Shown here: in pieces, positions 35,888 through 47,335 of the stretch
Numbering within the stretch: position 1 is the first letter of the stretch
How the letters are laid out: every line of letters begins with the position of its first letter
From: Alphaproteobacteria bacterium
GTDB lineage: Bacteria; Pseudomonadota; Alphaproteobacteria; MPNO01
Reading direction: 5' to 3'
NCBI GenBank assembly: GCA_963422565.1
Contig: OY730228.1
Span: 560,622-624,621, forward strand
Length of the DNA: 64,000 nucleotides
The notes under the pieces: generated by a model
Seen by the model: only the letters and a program-made list of their open reading frames with translations
Told to the model about the DNA's origin: nothing
Database searches by the model: none
Position numbers and translations under genes: made by a program

Positions 35888-38284
35888 TCAATGCCGCGGC
35901 GGACGGGAGCGGCGCATGCAGGCCCTGGCGGCCGCGTCGAGAATGGCACCGCTGTCGATGCCGAAACGGGCGTAGAGATCGGGTATGTCTCCAGACTCGC
36001 CGAAGCTGTCGACGCCCAGCGGATAGATGCGGTGTCCGGCGACCGAACCGAGCCAGGACAGCGCCGCCGGATGACCGTCGAGCACCGTCACGATCGCTGC
36101 ATCGCGCGATAGCGAGGCCAGCAGCCGCTCCACATGGGCGACGGCGCGGAGGTCTCCGCCGACCCGTGCGCGTCGGGCGTCCATCCAGGCCCGGTGAAGC
36201 CGGTCCGACGAGGTGACCGCGAGCAGCCCGGCGTCGGGGATGTCCTCGCGAATGGCCGCGACCGCCGCCGCCGCCTCGGGCGCGACCGCGCCCATATAGG
36301 CGACCGCGATCTCCGTTCGGGCCGGTGGCGGGCCGCCGCGCCAGTATCCGCCGGCGATGACGCCGTCCCGCCAGGCCTCGCCGTCCGCCCTGTCCGGCTG
36401 ATCGATCGGCCGGGTCGACAGGCGAAGGCAGACAGATCCGCCGTCCTCCGCCTGCATATGGCGGAAGCCCCAGCCCATGAGTTCGGCGAGCTCGTCGACG
36501 AAGGCAGGCTCGAACGCCGCGAGACCGGCCTGCCCGAGTGTGATCAGAGGCGTTTCCTGGGACTGGTGAGCGCCGCCCTCGGGCGCGAGCGTGATCCCCG
36601 AAGGGGTGGCGACGAGCATGAACCGCGCCCCCTGATAGCAGGCATAGTGCAGCGCATCGAGCCCGCGGCGGATGAACGGATCGTAGAGCGTCCCGATGGG
36701 CAGGAGGCGCGCGCCGAAAATTGCGCCGGCGAGCCCGAAGGCGGAAAGGGTCAGGAACAGATTGTTCTCGGCGATTCCCAGCTCGACATGCTGCCCCCCG
36801 GGCCGCATCGACCAGCGCTGGGCGGAAACCACATCCTCGTCGGCAAAGACGTCCGCCGCCGCCTCGCGGGCGAACAGGCCGCGGCGGTTCACCCAGGCGC
36901 CGAGACCGGTCGAGACCGTCACGTCCGGCGACGCCGTCACGACACGCGCGGCCAACGGGGCGTCGCCGCGCGCGAGCTCGTTGAGCACCCGGCCGAACCC
37001 GTCCTGGGTCGACATCGTCGGACGCCGCGGCGCCTCGAGCCGGTCCGGTACCGGGATTTTCGCCGGCTCCTTGCGGCGCGGATAGACCGCGGCGAACGGC
37101 GTCCCTCGGAGGAACGCGCCCAGCAACGAGCGGTCGATGTCGAGCCCGGCGAAGCGCGACCACTCTTCGTTCTCGCCGATCCCCATGCGGCGCCGGAACG
37201 CTTCCATCTGCGCTTCCGTCATCAGCCCGGCATGGTTGTCCTTGTGGCCGGCGAAGGGCAGGCCGAACCCCTTGGTGGTGTAGCAGATGAAACAAGTGGG
37301 CCGATCGTCGGTCGCCGCGCGGAACGCCGTGCTCAGCGATTCGATGTCGTTGCCGGCAAGATTGGTCATCAGGTCGTGCAGGCGCGGATCGTCCATGCCG
37401 TCGAGCAGGTGGCGCAGGTCGGAATCCCCCACGGAGTCGGCGGAGAGGCGCGCCCTCCAACCCGCGCCGCCCTTGTAGGTCAAAGCCGAGTAGAGCGAGT
37501 TCGGACAGCGGTCGATCCACTCCCGGAGGCGCCGCCCGCCCGGTTTCGCAAACGCCTCCTCCTGCCGGGTCCCGTATTTGAGCGTCCTCACCCGCCAACC
37601 CGCCGACCGGAACCGCTCCTCGATGCTTCCGAACAGCCGGTCCGTCACGACGGAGTCCAAGCTCTGGCGGTTGTAGTCGACGATCCACCAGACGTTCCGC
37701 ACATCGTGTTTCCAGGCCTCGTGGAGCGCTTCGGAGACGTTTCCCTCGTCGAGCTCCGCATCGCCGACCAGCGCGATCATCCGCCCGCGGCGGCCGCCGT
37801 CGAGCAACCCCTTCGACGCCAGATATTCCTGGGCGAGCGCGGCGAAAACAGTCTGCGCCGCCCCGAGGCCGACCGACCCGGTCGAGAAATCGACATCGTC
37901 GTCGTCCTTGATCCGCGACGGATAGGACTGCGCTCCGCCGAGGCCCCGGAACCGCTCGAGCCGTTCGCGGCTCTCGCGGCCCAGCAGATACTGGATCGCA
38001 TGGAACAAGGGGGCGGCATGGGGTTTGACGGCAACCCGGTCTTCCGGCCGCAGGACATCGAAATAGAGCACGGTCATGATGGTCGCCATCGAGGCGCAAG
38101 ACGCCTGGTGGCCGCCCACCTTCAGACCGTCGCGCCGGGCGCGCAGATGGTTGGCGTTATGGATCATCCAGGTGGCGAGCCACAGAATCTTGCGCTCCAG
38201 CGCCGTGAGACAGACCCGCCGCAGCGCCTCGTCTTCATGCGGGTCGGCGGCGGGCGCCGCCCGTTCCTTCGTTCGGGTCACCAT
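35888..38284 (-). CDS. ThDP-dependent 2-oxoacid dehydrogenase E1 (AceE/MdeB-like, transketolase fold)
   Basis: VGGHQASCAS, STGSVGLG, GDAELDEG..N ThDP motif, ELGIAENN, PEGGAHQS. Confidence 0.9.
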   Translation of the reverse strand: MVTRTKERAAPAADPHEDEALRRVCLTALERKILWLATWMIHNANHLRARRDGLKVGGHQASCASMATIMTVLYFDVLRPEDRVAVKPHAAPLFHAIQYLLGRESRERLERFRGLGGAQSYPSRIKDDDDVDFSTGSVGLGAAQTVFAALAQEYLASKGLLDGGRRGRMIALVGDAELDEGNVSEALHEAWKHDVRNVWWIVDYNRQSLDSVVTDRLFGSIEERFRSAGWRVRTLKYGTRQEEAFAKPGGRRLREWIDRCPNSLYSALTYKGGAGWRARLSADSVGDSDLRHLLDGMDDPRLHDLMTNLAGNDIESLSTAFRAATDDRPTCFICYTTKGFGLPFAGHKDNHAGLMTEAQMEAFRRRMGIGENEEWSRFAGLDIDRSLLGAFLRGTPFAAVYPRRKEPAKIPVPDRLEAPRRPTMSTQDGFGRVLNELARGDAPLAARVVTASPDVTVSTGLGAWVNRRGLFAREAAADVFADEDVVSAQRWSMRPGGQHVELGIAENNLFLTLSAFGLAGAIFGARLLPIGTLYDPFIRRGLDALHYACYQGARFMLVATPSGITLAPEGGAHQSQETPLITLGQAGLAAFEPAFVDELAELMGWGFRHMQAEDGGSVCLRLSTRPIDQPDRADGEAWRDGVIAGGYWRGGPPPARTEIAVAYMGAVAPEAAAAVAAIREDIPDAGLLAVTSSDRLHRAWMDARRARVGGDLRAVAHVERLLASLSRDAAIVTVLDGHPAALSWLGSVAGHRIYPLGVDSFGESGDIPDLYARFGIDSGAILDAAARACMRRSRPPRH

Positions 38285-38415
38285 GCTTCCCCCGGATACC
38301 GGCCGGAATCGGGTAGATCATAATGCGGTCCGAAATCGATTTTTGTGCAAATATCGCTCGGATATCCCTTATTTCAGCAATTGATATCGTATGGAAATCG
38401 GTTTGGAGACAGATC

Positions 38416-38886
38416 ATGCCGTCTCAGGCGCTCGACGAAATCGACCGGCGCATCCTCGCCGCCCTCCAGGCGGACGCCCGGATATCCAATGCCCGGCTTG
38501 CGGAAACCGCTGGTCTCTCCCCCTCTCCCTGCCTGCGGCGGGTGCGGAGGCTGGAGCGCGCCGGGGTGATCGCGGGATATGCGGCACTGCTCGATCCGGG
38601 CGCCCTGGGCCTGCCGGTATCGGTGTTCGTCCAGGTCTCGCTCGAGCGCCAGATCGATCGATCTCTGGAGGTCTTCGAACGCGCCGTCCGCGAACGGCCG
38701 GAGGTCATGGAGTGCTATCTGATGACCGGTGACGCCGATTATATGCTGCGCGTCGTGGTCGCCGACATCGCCGCCTACGAGCGCTTTCTGATGGATCATC
38801 TGACACGGGTACCGGGCGTTTCCTCGATCAAATCGAGTTTCGCGCTCAATCGGGTCAAATACGCTACGGCGCTGCCGCTGGCATAG
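38416..38886 (+). CDS. Lrp/AsnC family regulator
   Basis: [42 protein letters not shown]; MTGDADY; divergent from the E1 gene. Confidence 0.95.
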   Translation: MPSQALDEIDRRILAALQADARISNARLAETAGLSPSPCLRRVRRLERAGVIAGYAALLDPGALGLPVSVFVQVSLERQIDRSLEVFERAVRERPEVMECYLMTGDADYMLRVVVADIAAYERFLMDHLTRVPGVSSIKSSFALNRVKYATALPLA

Positions 38887-38988
38887 CCGCCCGGCGGAGC
38901 GGCGGCCCGGTCCCCGCCGACGGGAATCGCCACCTCCGCCCGTGCCGCCTACTGTGTCCGGACCGCGGACGATGGAGGTGGACAACCG

Positions 38989-40560
38989 ATGAGCAGGCGG
39001 CCCGAGGGGTCGAAACGGCGGCGGCGCCTGCGCTGGTGGGCGCTGACGTTTCTCGCGGCGGCCGTCGCTGCCGGGGCGGTCTTCGCCCTCGGCACCGAAG
39101 ACGGCGAGCGGCCCAGCTACCGGCTCTCGACGGTCGAGCGGGGGCCGCTCGCCAAGATCGTCTCGGCGAGCGGCACCCTCCGGGCGGTCGTCACCGTCGA
39201 TGTCGGCTCCCAGGTCTCGGGGCAGATCGAGGAGCTACGCGCCGATTACAACACCGGGGTCGAGAAGGGGCAGGTCATCGCACGGCTGGATCCGGCCTCC
39301 TTCGAGACGCTGGTCCGGCAGGCGGAGGCCGAGCTCGCCGTGGCGACGGCGAATCTCTCGATGCAGCGCGCGGGACTCGGCGAGCTCGACGCCATGATCG
39401 ACAGCGCGCGCGCGGCTCTCAAGGAAGCCGATCGGGAGCTTGCGCGCAAGCGCGCGCTCCACGACCGCCGGGTCGTCCCGCGCAGCCAGGCCGAGAAGGC
39501 CGAAGCGGCGCGCGACCGCGCGCGGGCCGCCCTCAAGGCGGCGGTCGCCAAGCTCGCGCGCCAGCGGGCGCAGGTCTCCCATGCCGAGGCGCAGATCTTG
39601 CAGCGCGAGGCCGCGCTGCGGCACCGCCAACTCGATCTGGAGAATACGATCATCCGCTCGCCGGTCGATGGCGTGGTCATCAGCCGGAACGTCGATATCG
39701 GGCAAACGGTGGCGGCGAGCTTCCAAGCCCCGGTGCTGTTCACGATCGCCCGGGATCTCCGCCACATGCAGGTCGAGGTGAGCGTCGACGAGGCCGATAT
39801 CGGACAGATCGTCCGGGGTCAGAACGTGACGTTCACCGTCGACACCTTTCCCGGCAGGTCCTTCGCCGGGCGTGTCGAGCAGGTTCGCAAGGCCCCGCGA
39901 GAAGTGTCCAACGTGGTGACCTACACGGTGGTCGTAACGGCGGACAACCCGGATCTCGGCCTGCTTCCCGGAATGACCGCCAACGTGAACGTGATCGTCG
40001 CGAAGCGCGAGAACGTCCTCAAGGTCGCCAACGCGGCGCTGCGTTTCCGCTCCGCAGGAGACGAGGGCGCGGGCGCCGGTTCCGAGGCACCGACGCCCGG
40101 CGGCGGCACCGGCCGCGCCGCCCAGGCCATCGCCCGGTTGACCGAAGAGCTCGAGTTGAGCGAAGAACAACGACTCCGGCTGCGGGCGATCTTCAGGGAA
40201 ACGGGACAGAAGATCCGGGCGCTTCGGGCCGGCGGTGCTTCCGGGTCGGAGATCCGTGACTTTGCCCGCGAAGCCAGGCAGAGAAACCGCCCCAGGATGG
40301 AAGCGCTTCTGAACGAGGAGCAGCGGGCGAAATTCAAGGCGATGCGTGCCCCGGGGAGGCGGTCCCCGGCGCGGCCCGGAAGGGTCTGGCTGCTTGGCGA
40401 CGACGGCGCGGCGCGGCCGGTTCCGGTCGTTTACGGAATCAGCGACGCCACGATGAGCGAGATCCTCCGCGGCGAGATCGGCCCCGGCGACCGCGTCATC
40501 GTCGGCGTCGCGCTCCGGGCGTCGGTGCGCCCGCCCGGCCGGCCCCGGTTCGGTCTCTGA
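38989..40560 (+). CDS. MacA-like periplasmic adaptor subunit
   Basis: N-terminal anchor, VDVGSQVSGQI, IRSPVDGVV, GQTVAASFQAPVLF, VDEADIG, LLPGMTANV. Confidence 0.93.
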   Translation: MSRRPEGSKRRRRLRWWALTFLAAAVAAGAVFALGTEDGERPSYRLSTVERGPLAKIVSASGTLRAVVTVDVGSQVSGQIEELRADYNTGVEKGQVIARLDPASFETLVRQAEAELAVATANLSMQRAGLGELDAMIDSARAALKEADRELARKRALHDRRVVPRSQAEKAEAARDRARAALKAAVAKLARQRAQVSHAEAQILQREAALRHRQLDLENTIIRSPVDGVVISRNVDIGQTVAASFQAPVLFTIARDLRHMQVEVSVDEADIGQIVRGQNVTFTVDTFPGRSFAGRVEQVRKAPREVSNVVTYTVVVTADNPDLGLLPGMTANVNVIVAKRENVLKVANAALRFRSAGDEGAGAGSEAPTPGGGTGRAAQAIARLTEELELSEEQRLRLRAIFRETGQKIRALRAGGASGSEIRDFAREARQRNRPRMEALLNEEQRAKFKAMRAPGRRSPARPGRVWLLGDDGAARPVPVVYGISDATMSEILRGEIGPGDRVIVGVALRASVRPPGRPRFGL

Positions 40561-41274
40561 GTGTCCGGCTCCGAAATGGCGGGCCGGACGATCGAGACCC
40601 AAGGTCTGTCGAAGGATTATGCCGTCGGTCCGCAGACCGTCCACGCGCTCGCCGACGTCACGCTGACGATCGGGCGCGGCGAGTTCGTCGCCGTCATGGG
40701 CCCCTCCGGGTCCGGCAAGTCCACCCTGATGTATCTGCTCGGCTGCCTCGACCGGCCGACCGCGGGGCGGTACCTCCTGGACGGCGAGGACGTGTCCGGC
40801 CTGGACCGGGACGGCCTCGCGACGACCCGCAACCGCAAGATCGGCTTCGTCTTCCAGGCCTTCAATCTGATGCCGCGGACGAGCGCCCAGCGCAATGTCG
40901 AGCTGCCGCTGGCCTACGCGCGGGAGACGACATCGGAGCGCCGGGTGCGCGCCGAGGCGGCGCTCGATGCCGTCGGACTCGCCGAGCGCCGCCATCATCG
41001 GCCGACGCAGCTGTCGGGCGGCCAGCTTCAGCGGGTCGCGATCGCCCGCGCACTTGTCAACGATCCGGTCCTGCTGCTCGCCGACGAACCGACCGGCGCG
41101 CTGGACAGCAGGACCGGCGTCGAGATCATGACGCTGTTCCAACGGCTCAACGAACGGGGCGCGACCATCGTGGTGGTCACGCACGACGCCGGCGTCGCGC
41201 GTTTCGCCGGGCGGGTGCTGGCCTTTCGCGACGGGCGGATGATCTCCGACGAGGCGGTGGGGGCGCCGCCATGA
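40561..41274 (+). CDS. MacB/LolD-type ABC ATP-binding protein
   Basis: [34 protein letters not shown]. Confidence 0.95.
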   Translation: MSGSEMAGRTIETQGLSKDYAVGPQTVHALADVTLTIGRGEFVAVMGPSGSGKSTLMYLLGCLDRPTAGRYLLDGEDVSGLDRDGLATTRNRKIGFVFQAFNLMPRTSAQRNVELPLAYARETTSERRVRAEAALDAVGLAERRHHRPTQLSGGQLQRVAIARALVNDPVLLLADEPTGALDSRTGVEIMTLFQRLNERGATIVVVTHDAGVARFAGRVLAFRDGRMISDEAVGAPP

Positions 41275-42503
41275 ACGCCGTCGACTCGGTCCGTTCGGCG
41301 CTGGAGGCGCTTCGCGCCAACATCCTGCGCAGCGTGCTGACCGCGCTCGGCATCATCATCGGCGTCGCCGTCGTCATCACCATGATCGGCGTCGGCGCGG
41401 GAGCGGAGCACCGCGTCCAGTCGGTCATCCGCAGCCTCGGATCCAACATCCTGATCGTTCTGAACGGGGCCCGGACATCGGGCGGCGTTCGTTCCGGCTC
41501 CGGTACGAGGATCTCCCTCACCGAGGAGGACGCGGCAGCGCTGCAAAACGAGATCGACATCGTCGCGGTCGCCGCCGGGACCGTGCGCGGCGGCGGACAG
41601 ATCGTATTCGGCAATGCCAACTGGTTCACCACGATATACGGCGTGACCCGGGAGTATTTCGAAGCGCGCAACTGGGTCGTGGCGCGCGGGCGCAACATCA
41701 CCGCCGGAGAAATCCGATCCGCTGCCAAGGTCGCCCTCGTCGGCGGCACCGTCGTCAGGGAACTGTTCACCGGCGGTGACCCGATCGGCGAGACGATCCG
41801 GGTCCGGCGCGTTCCCTTCACCGTCGTCGGAGTCCTCGGCGAGAAGGGGCAGACGCCGTTCGGCTCGGATCAGGACGACGTGATCTTCCTGCCGCTGTCG
41901 ACCGCCAAGAAACGCGTGCTCGGCGGGCGTCGGGTGCGCGGCAACCTGGTCAGCGCGATCACCGTCAAGACGGTCGGCGCCGAGTTCGTCGCCGAGGCCG
42001 AACGCGAGGTGAAGACGCTGCTGCGCCGGCGCCACGGATTGCGGCCGGGGCAGCCGGACGACTTCTACATCCGCAACATCTCGCAGATTCTCGAGGCCCG
42101 GCGCGAATCCTCGGTCATCATGTCGGTCCTGCTCGCCGCCGTCGCGAGCATCTCCCTGCTCGTCGGCGGGATCGGCATCATGAACATCATGCTGGTCTCG
42201 GTGACCGAGCGGACGCGCGAGATCGGCCTACGCATGGCGGTCGGCGCGCGCAGCCGCGACGTCATGGCCCAATTCGTGATCGAGTCGGTCACGCTGTCGG
42301 TGATCGGGGGGCTCGTCGGGATGGTGCTCGGATATGCCGGTTCGGTGGCGATCGCTCATTTCGCCGGCTGGCCCGTCCTCGTCGGTGTCGAAGCGATCGT
42401 CGCGGCGATCGGCTTCTCCGCCGCAGTCGGCGTCTTTTTCGGCTATTACCCCGCCCGCAGAGCAGCCCGTCTGGACCCGATCCTGGCGCTCCGCCACGAG
42501 TGA
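41271..42503 (+). CDS. MacB/FtsX-type ABC permease
   Basis: [56 protein letters not shown]. Confidence 0.95.
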   Translation: MNAVDSVRSALEALRANILRSVLTALGIIIGVAVVITMIGVGAGAEHRVQSVIRSLGSNILIVLNGARTSGGVRSGSGTRISLTEEDAAALQNEIDIVAVAAGTVRGGGQIVFGNANWFTTIYGVTREYFEARNWVVARGRNITAGEIRSAAKVALVGGTVVRELFTGGDPIGETIRVRRVPFTVVGVLGEKGQTPFGSDQDDVIFLPLSTAKKRVLGGRRVRGNLVSAITVKTVGAEFVAEAEREVKTLLRRRHGLRPGQPDDFYIRNISQILEARRESSVIMSVLLAAVASISLLVGGIGIMNIMLVSVTERTREIGLRMAVGARSRDVMAQFVIESVTLSVIGGLVGMVLGYAGSVAIAHFAGWPVLVGVEAIVAAIGFSAAVGVFFGYYPARRAARLDPILALRHE

Positions 42504-42522
42504 CGGGCGGCCGGGCCGGGCC

Positions 42523-43989
42523 TCAACCGGTCAGAAGCCGCGCCAGGACCGGCGGGACCAGATCGGGCAGGTCGTCGGCGATCAGCCCGGGTCCGAAGGC
42601 CGCCGCGGCAGCGCCGTGAATCCAGGCCGCCGCGCAAGCCGCATCGAACGGCGCGAGGCCTTGCGCCAGAAGACCGACCACGAGCCCCGCAAGGACATCG
42701 CCGGCGCCGGCCGTCGCCAGCGTCGGGGGCGCGTCGGCGTTGATCGCAGCCCGCCCGTCGGGGGCGGCGATCACCGTATCGCCGCCCTTCAACAGGATCA
42801 CGGCGCCCGAGGCGCGGGCGGCGGCACGCGCCCGCGCGAGCTTGTCGCCCACCAGGTCGAACAGACGGGCGAACTCCCCTTCATGCGGCGTCATGACGAC
42901 CGGCGCGTTTCGCGCGGCCGCGAACAGGGCGGACGGCTCGCCGGCGAAGACGGACAAGGCGTCGGCATCCAGGACCAGCGGCTTGCCGAGTGCCGCGGCG
43001 GTCAGGACCGTCTCGCGCGTGCCCTCTCCCAGCCCCGCCCCGGGGCCGACGAGCGCCGCATCGCGCCGCCGGTCGGCGAGATACTCGGCGAGGCTCCGGG
43101 GCTCCGGGGCCGGGACGATCAGAAGGCTGGCCAAATCGGTGGCGTAGATCGGCGCCGCCTCGGCCGGACACAGGATGCTGACGAGGCCGGCGCCCACCCG
43201 TGCCGCCGCGCGCGCGGCGAGGCGGGCCGCCCCGGTCATCATCGCGCCGCCGGCGACGACCGCATGTCCGCGGTCGTATTTGTGGCCGCCCGGCCCCGGC
43301 CAGCGGAGAGCGCTGCCCCATAACGCCGGTCCGTTCTCCCAGATCTGCGGCGCGATATCCGGGAGCACCGCCGCCGGAATGCCGATATCGGCGACGTGGA
43401 GGACGCCCATCCGGGAACGGCCCGGCAACAGGAGATGACCCGGCTTCTTGCGGAAGAACGTCACGGTCATCGCCGCCGCCAGGCATGCGCCGAGGATCGC
43501 GCCCGTGTCCCCGTCGACGCCGGTCGGCACGTCCACCGCGACGCAGGGTATGCGGGCGGCGCCGATCGCCTCGATCGCCGCGCGGACCGGACCGTGGACG
43601 GGGCGGGAGAGCCCGGCGCCGAAGACCGCATCGACCGCGAGGGCGGCGCCACGCAGCGCATCCGGGGCAAGCGGTATGACCGGGCCGCTCCAGCGCTCCG
43701 CATGATGCGCCGCGTCGCCTTTCAACGCCGCGCCCTCGCCCAGCAGCGCCACCTTGACCGGCCAGCCCCGTTCGCGCAGCAGGCGGGCTATGACGAAGCC
43801 GTCGCCGCCGTTGTTTCCCGGCCCGCACAGCACCGCCGTCGGCCGCGGTTCCCAGCGCGCCCGTATCCGTTCGGCGACCGCGCGGCCGGCGGCCGCCATC
43901 AACCTGTCGCCCGAAACGCCGGCCGCGATCGCCGCACGGTCGGCACGGTACATCTCGGCGACGGTCAGCACGTCGCCGATGCGGGGCAC
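42523..43989 (-). CDS. nnr: Bifunctional NAD(P)H-hydrate epimerase/dehydratase
   Basis: LCGPGNNGGDG, VDAVFGAGL, AVDVPTG, GPGAG, VLDADAL, TPHEGEF, LATAGAGDVL. GTG start inferred. Confidence 0.94.
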   Translation of the reverse strand: MPRIGDVLTVAEMYRADRAAIAAGVSGDRLMAAAGRAVAERIRARWEPRPTAVLCGPGNNGGDGFVIARLLRERGWPVKVALLGEGAALKGDAAHHAERWSGPVIPLAPDALRGAALAVDAVFGAGLSRPVHGPVRAAIEAIGAARIPCVAVDVPTGVDGDTGAILGACLAAAMTVTFFRKKPGHLLLPGRSRMGVLHVADIGIPAAVLPDIAPQIWENGPALWGSALRWPGPGGHKYDRGHAVVAGGAMMTGAARLAARAAARVGAGLVSILCPAEAAPIYATDLASLLIVPAPEPRSLAEYLADRRRDAALVGPGAGLGEGTRETVLTAAALGKPLVLDADALSVFAGEPSALFAAARNAPVVMTPHEGEFARLFDLVGDKLARARAAARASGAVILLKGGDTVIAAPDGRAAINADAPPTLATAGAGDVLAGLVVGLLAQGLAPFDAACAAAWIHGAAAAAFGPGLIADDLPDLVPPVLARLLTG

Positions 43990-43994
43990 GGCAG

Positions 43995-44253
43995 TCAGGA
44001 GACGGCTCCGCACCGGCCGCGGGAGGAGAGCTCGGCGACGACCGCCGCCGCCCGGACGCAGCCCGGGACGCTCTCTCCGCAGACGCCGGGATAGGTCCGG
44101 ACCAGCTCGCGCACATCCCTGTCGCCGCCCCGATATACCAGCTTGTAGAGATCGATCGCGAGCAGCGACGGCGACCGTCCGATGCGGAGCTCGCGCCGAT
44201 GGGCCGTGTAGAGTTCGAGGGCTTCCGCCGGGATAACGTCCTTCCGGCAACGG
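43995..44253 (-). pseudogene. N-terminal fragment of an isochorismatase/N-carbamoylsarcosine amidase-family hydrolase
   Basis: DVIPAEALELYTAHRRELRIGRSPSLLAIDLYKLVYRGG...TYPGVCGE resembles the family N-terminus (ALLxID). The rest of the protein is absent. Confidence 0.6.
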
Positions 44254-44634
44254 CCCTCGAAATCACGCGCTATCGTTGGGCCTGCCGATATTGCCGACGG
44301 CTTCGATGACGGTCCCGCCACGTCTTCCTCCGGCACTCCCGGAAGCCTCGCAGGCATCGAAGACTCCGATCTCGTGATTTCTGTTGTCGCCCTGGTCCTA
44401 GTAGCGCCTCCACCACCCATCGCCAACCGGTACCCGCGGTCATCGTCGGAGTGGGGGCTCCTTCCTTGAGAAACGGGCCGCGATGCCGGCGGAAGCCGCC
44501 TGCCGGGAGGCCGAAACGGGGATTGCTACGGCCGAAGCGGCGGGCTGTTGAAGCGGCGCGGGGTTGGTGTAGCATGGCGCCGCCTCGCCGAGCGGGGATT
44601 TTTTCGCATTCTCGGAAAGCCCGGCGAGGGTCGC

Positions 44635-45456
44635 ATGCATCAGCCCCGACCGTTCATGGATGGCAAGCGCGGCCTCGTCATGGGCGTCGCCAACGACCGG
44701 TCGATCGCTTGGGGCATCGCGCGGGCGGCGGCCGGACAGGGCGCGCAGCTCGCCTTCACCTATCAGAGCGATGCGCTGCTGAAGCGGGTGCGGCCGCTCG
44801 CCGAGTCGGTCGGCGCGCCGTTCCTGCTGCCCTGCGACGTGACCGATATCGGCAGCCTCGACCGCGTCTTCGACCGGATCGCCGAGGAGTGGGGCGCGCT
44901 CGATTTCGCCGTCCACGCGGTCGCCTATTCGGACAAGAACGAGCTCAAGGGCCGCTATGTCGACACGTCGGCCGAGAATTTCGCGATGTCCATGAACGTC
45001 TCCTGCTACTCGTTCACCGCGATGTGCAAGCGCGCCGCGATGCTGATGGCCCCGGGCGGCAGCCTGCTGACCCTGACCTATTACGGGGCCGAGCGCGTGA
45101 TGCCGCACTACAACGTCATGGGCGTCGCCAAGGCGGCTCTCGAGGCGAGCGTCCGCTATCTCGCGGCCGATCTCGGCGCCGACGGCATCCGGGTGAACGC
45201 GATCTCCGCCGGGCCGATCAGGACCCTGGCCTCCTCCGGGATCGGCGATTTCCGCTACATCCTGAAGTGGAACGCGCTCAACGCGCCGCTCCGGCGCAAC
45301 GTCTCGATCGACGAGGTGGGCGGCGCGGCGGTCTATCTGCTGTCGGATCTGTCGGCAGGGGTGACCGGCGAGGTGCATCACGTCGATTGCGGGTACCATG
45401 TCGTCGGCATGAAGGCGGTCGACGCGCCGGACATCGCGACCGTCATCGCCGAGTAG
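44635..45456 (+). CDS. fabI: Enoyl-ACP reductase
   Basis: [39 protein letters not shown]. Confidence 0.97.
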   Translation: MHQPRPFMDGKRGLVMGVANDRSIAWGIARAAAGQGAQLAFTYQSDALLKRVRPLAESVGAPFLLPCDVTDIGSLDRVFDRIAEEWGALDFAVHAVAYSDKNELKGRYVDTSAENFAMSMNVSCYSFTAMCKRAAMLMAPGGSLLTLTYYGAERVMPHYNVMGVAKAALEASVRYLAADLGADGIRVNAISAGPIRTLASSGIGDFRYILKWNALNAPLRRNVSIDEVGGAAVYLLSDLSAGVTGEVHHVDCGYHVVGMKAVDAPDIATVIAE

Positions 45457-45475
45457 CCCCGCGCGGGGCCGCGCG

Positions 45476-46546
45476 ATGTCGTTCAACACGTTCGGGCGCG
45501 TCTTCCGCTTCACCAGCTGGGGCGAGAGCCACGGCCCGGCGATCGGATGCGTGGTCGACGGCACCCCTCCGGGTCTGCCGCTCGCCGAGGCCGATATCCA
45601 GCGGTGGCTCGACGAGCGCCGGCCGGGCGGCAGCAGATTCGTCACCCAGCGCCGCGAGCCCGACGAGGTCGAGATCCTCTCCGGCGTGTTCGAGGGCAAG
45701 ACCACCGGCACCCCGATCTCGCTGCTGATCCGCAACCGCGACGCGCGCGCGAAGGACTATTCGGAGATCCGGGACAAGTTCCGGCCGGGGCATGCCGACA
45801 TCGCCTATCACGCCAAGTACGGCCGCCGCGACCATCGCGGCGGCGGGCGGGCCTCGGCGCGGGAGACCGCGAGCCGGGTTGCCGCCGGGTCGGTGGCGCG
45901 CCGTATCCTCGGCCCGGGGATCGCCATCCGGGGCGCGATGGTCCAGCTCGGCGACCACGCGATCGACCGGTCGCGCTGGGACGATCAGGCGATCGCCTCC
46001 AACCCGTTTCGCTGCCCGGACCCTCGCGCGGCGGAGGCCTGGGCCGCCAGGCTCGACGGGGTGCGCCGGGCGGGCTCCTCGCTGGGCGCGGTCGTCGAGA
46101 TCGCCGCACGCGGCGTCATGCCCGGGCTCGGTGCGCCGATCTATGGCAGGCTCGACGCCGATCTGGCGGCGGCGATGATGGGCATCAACGCGGTCAAGGG
46201 CGTGGAGATCGGGGCCGGGTTCGCCGCCGCGGCGCTCGCGGGAGAGGAGAATTCCGACGAGATGCGGCGCAGCGACGACGGCCCCCGCTTCCTGTCCAAC
46301 AACGCGGGCGGAATCCTGGGCGGCATCTCGACCGGCCAGGACATCGTGCTGCGTTTCGCCGTCAAGCCCACGAGCTCGATCCTTATCCCGCGCCGGACCG
46401 TCACCGTCACGGGGGAAGAGACCGAGATCGCGACGCAAGGGCGCCACGACCCCTGCGTCGGCATCCGCGCCGTTCCGGTGGGCGAGGCGATGATGGCCTG
46501 CGTGCTCGCCGACCATCTGCTGCTGCACCGCGCCCAGTGCGGCTGA
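45476..46546 (+). CDS. aroC: Chorismate synthase
   Basis: [37 protein letters not shown]-like AVKPTSS, GRHDPC. Confidence 0.98.
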   Translation: MSFNTFGRVFRFTSWGESHGPAIGCVVDGTPPGLPLAEADIQRWLDERRPGGSRFVTQRREPDEVEILSGVFEGKTTGTPISLLIRNRDARAKDYSEIRDKFRPGHADIAYHAKYGRRDHRGGGRASARETASRVAAGSVARRILGPGIAIRGAMVQLGDHAIDRSRWDDQAIASNPFRCPDPRAAEAWAARLDGVRRAGSSLGAVVEIAARGVMPGLGAPIYGRLDADLAAAMMGINAVKGVEIGAGFAAAALAGEENSDEMRRSDDGPRFLSNNAGGILGGISTGQDIVLRFAVKPTSSILIPRRTVTVTGEETEIATQGRHDPCVGIRAVPVGEAMMACVLADHLLLHRAQCG

Positions 46547-46558
46547 CGGAACTGGCGA

Positions 46559-47335
46559 TCAGCCCTTGCGGCCGGCAAGCAGATATTCCCGATTGCCGTT
46601 TGCGCCGGTTATCGGGCTCTCGGCGAGGCCCGCCACCCGCCAGCCCGGCAGCCCGTCGAGCCAGGCCGCGAGACGCCGGCACACCTCGTCGCGCGCGGCC
46701 GGGTCGCGAACGATCCCGCCCTTGCCTACCCGGTCCCGGCCCACCTCGAACTGCGGCTTGATCAGGGCGACCAGACGGGCGTCGGGCGCGGCCAGGGCGA
46801 GCGCCGGGGGAAGGGCGCGCTCGAGACCGATGAAGCTCACGTCGCAGGTCACGATGCCCGGCCGGTCGGGCACATGGGCGCGGGTGAGATGCCTGGCATT
46901 GACCCGTTCGCGCAGGACGACGCGGGGGTCCTGGCGCAGCCTCCAGGCGAGCTGGCCCCGACCGACATCCACGGCATAGACGCGCGCCGCGCCGCGTCGG
47001 AGCAGCACGTCGGTGAAGCCGCCGGTGGAGGCGCCGATGTCCAGCCCGACGGCGCCCGCGGGCGAGATGTCGAAGCGGTCGAGCGCATGGGCGAGCTTGA
47101 CTCCGCCGCGCGAGACCCAGGGATGGTCGGGACCGCGCAGCGCGAGCGGGGCGTCGGCCGGCAGCAGACGGCCGGGCTTGTCGACCCGGGTCGTCGCCGA
47201 GAACACCTTTCCCGCGCGGATCAGCGCCTGCGCCCGCGCCCGGCTGTCCGCAAGCCCGCGCGCGAGGACGAGCTCGTCGACCCGCCGCCTGGCGGCCGGG
47301 CGCTCAGGCCCGCCGGATCGCCCCTTCGGCGTCAT
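46559..47335 (-). CDS. tlyA: TlyA family rRNA methyltransferase
   Basis: S4 domain, [40 protein letters not shown]. Confidence 0.95.
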   Translation of the reverse strand: MTPKGRSGGPERPAARRRVDELVLARGLADSRARAQALIRAGKVFSATTRVDKPGRLLPADAPLALRGPDHPWVSRGGVKLAHALDRFDISPAGAVGLDIGASTGGFTDVLLRRGAARVYAVDVGRGQLAWRLRQDPRVVLRERVNARHLTRAHVPDRPGIVTCDVSFIGLERALPPALALAAPDARLVALIKPQFEVGRDRVGKGGIVRDPAARDEVCRRLAAWLDGLPGWRVAGLAESPITGANGNREYLLAGRKG

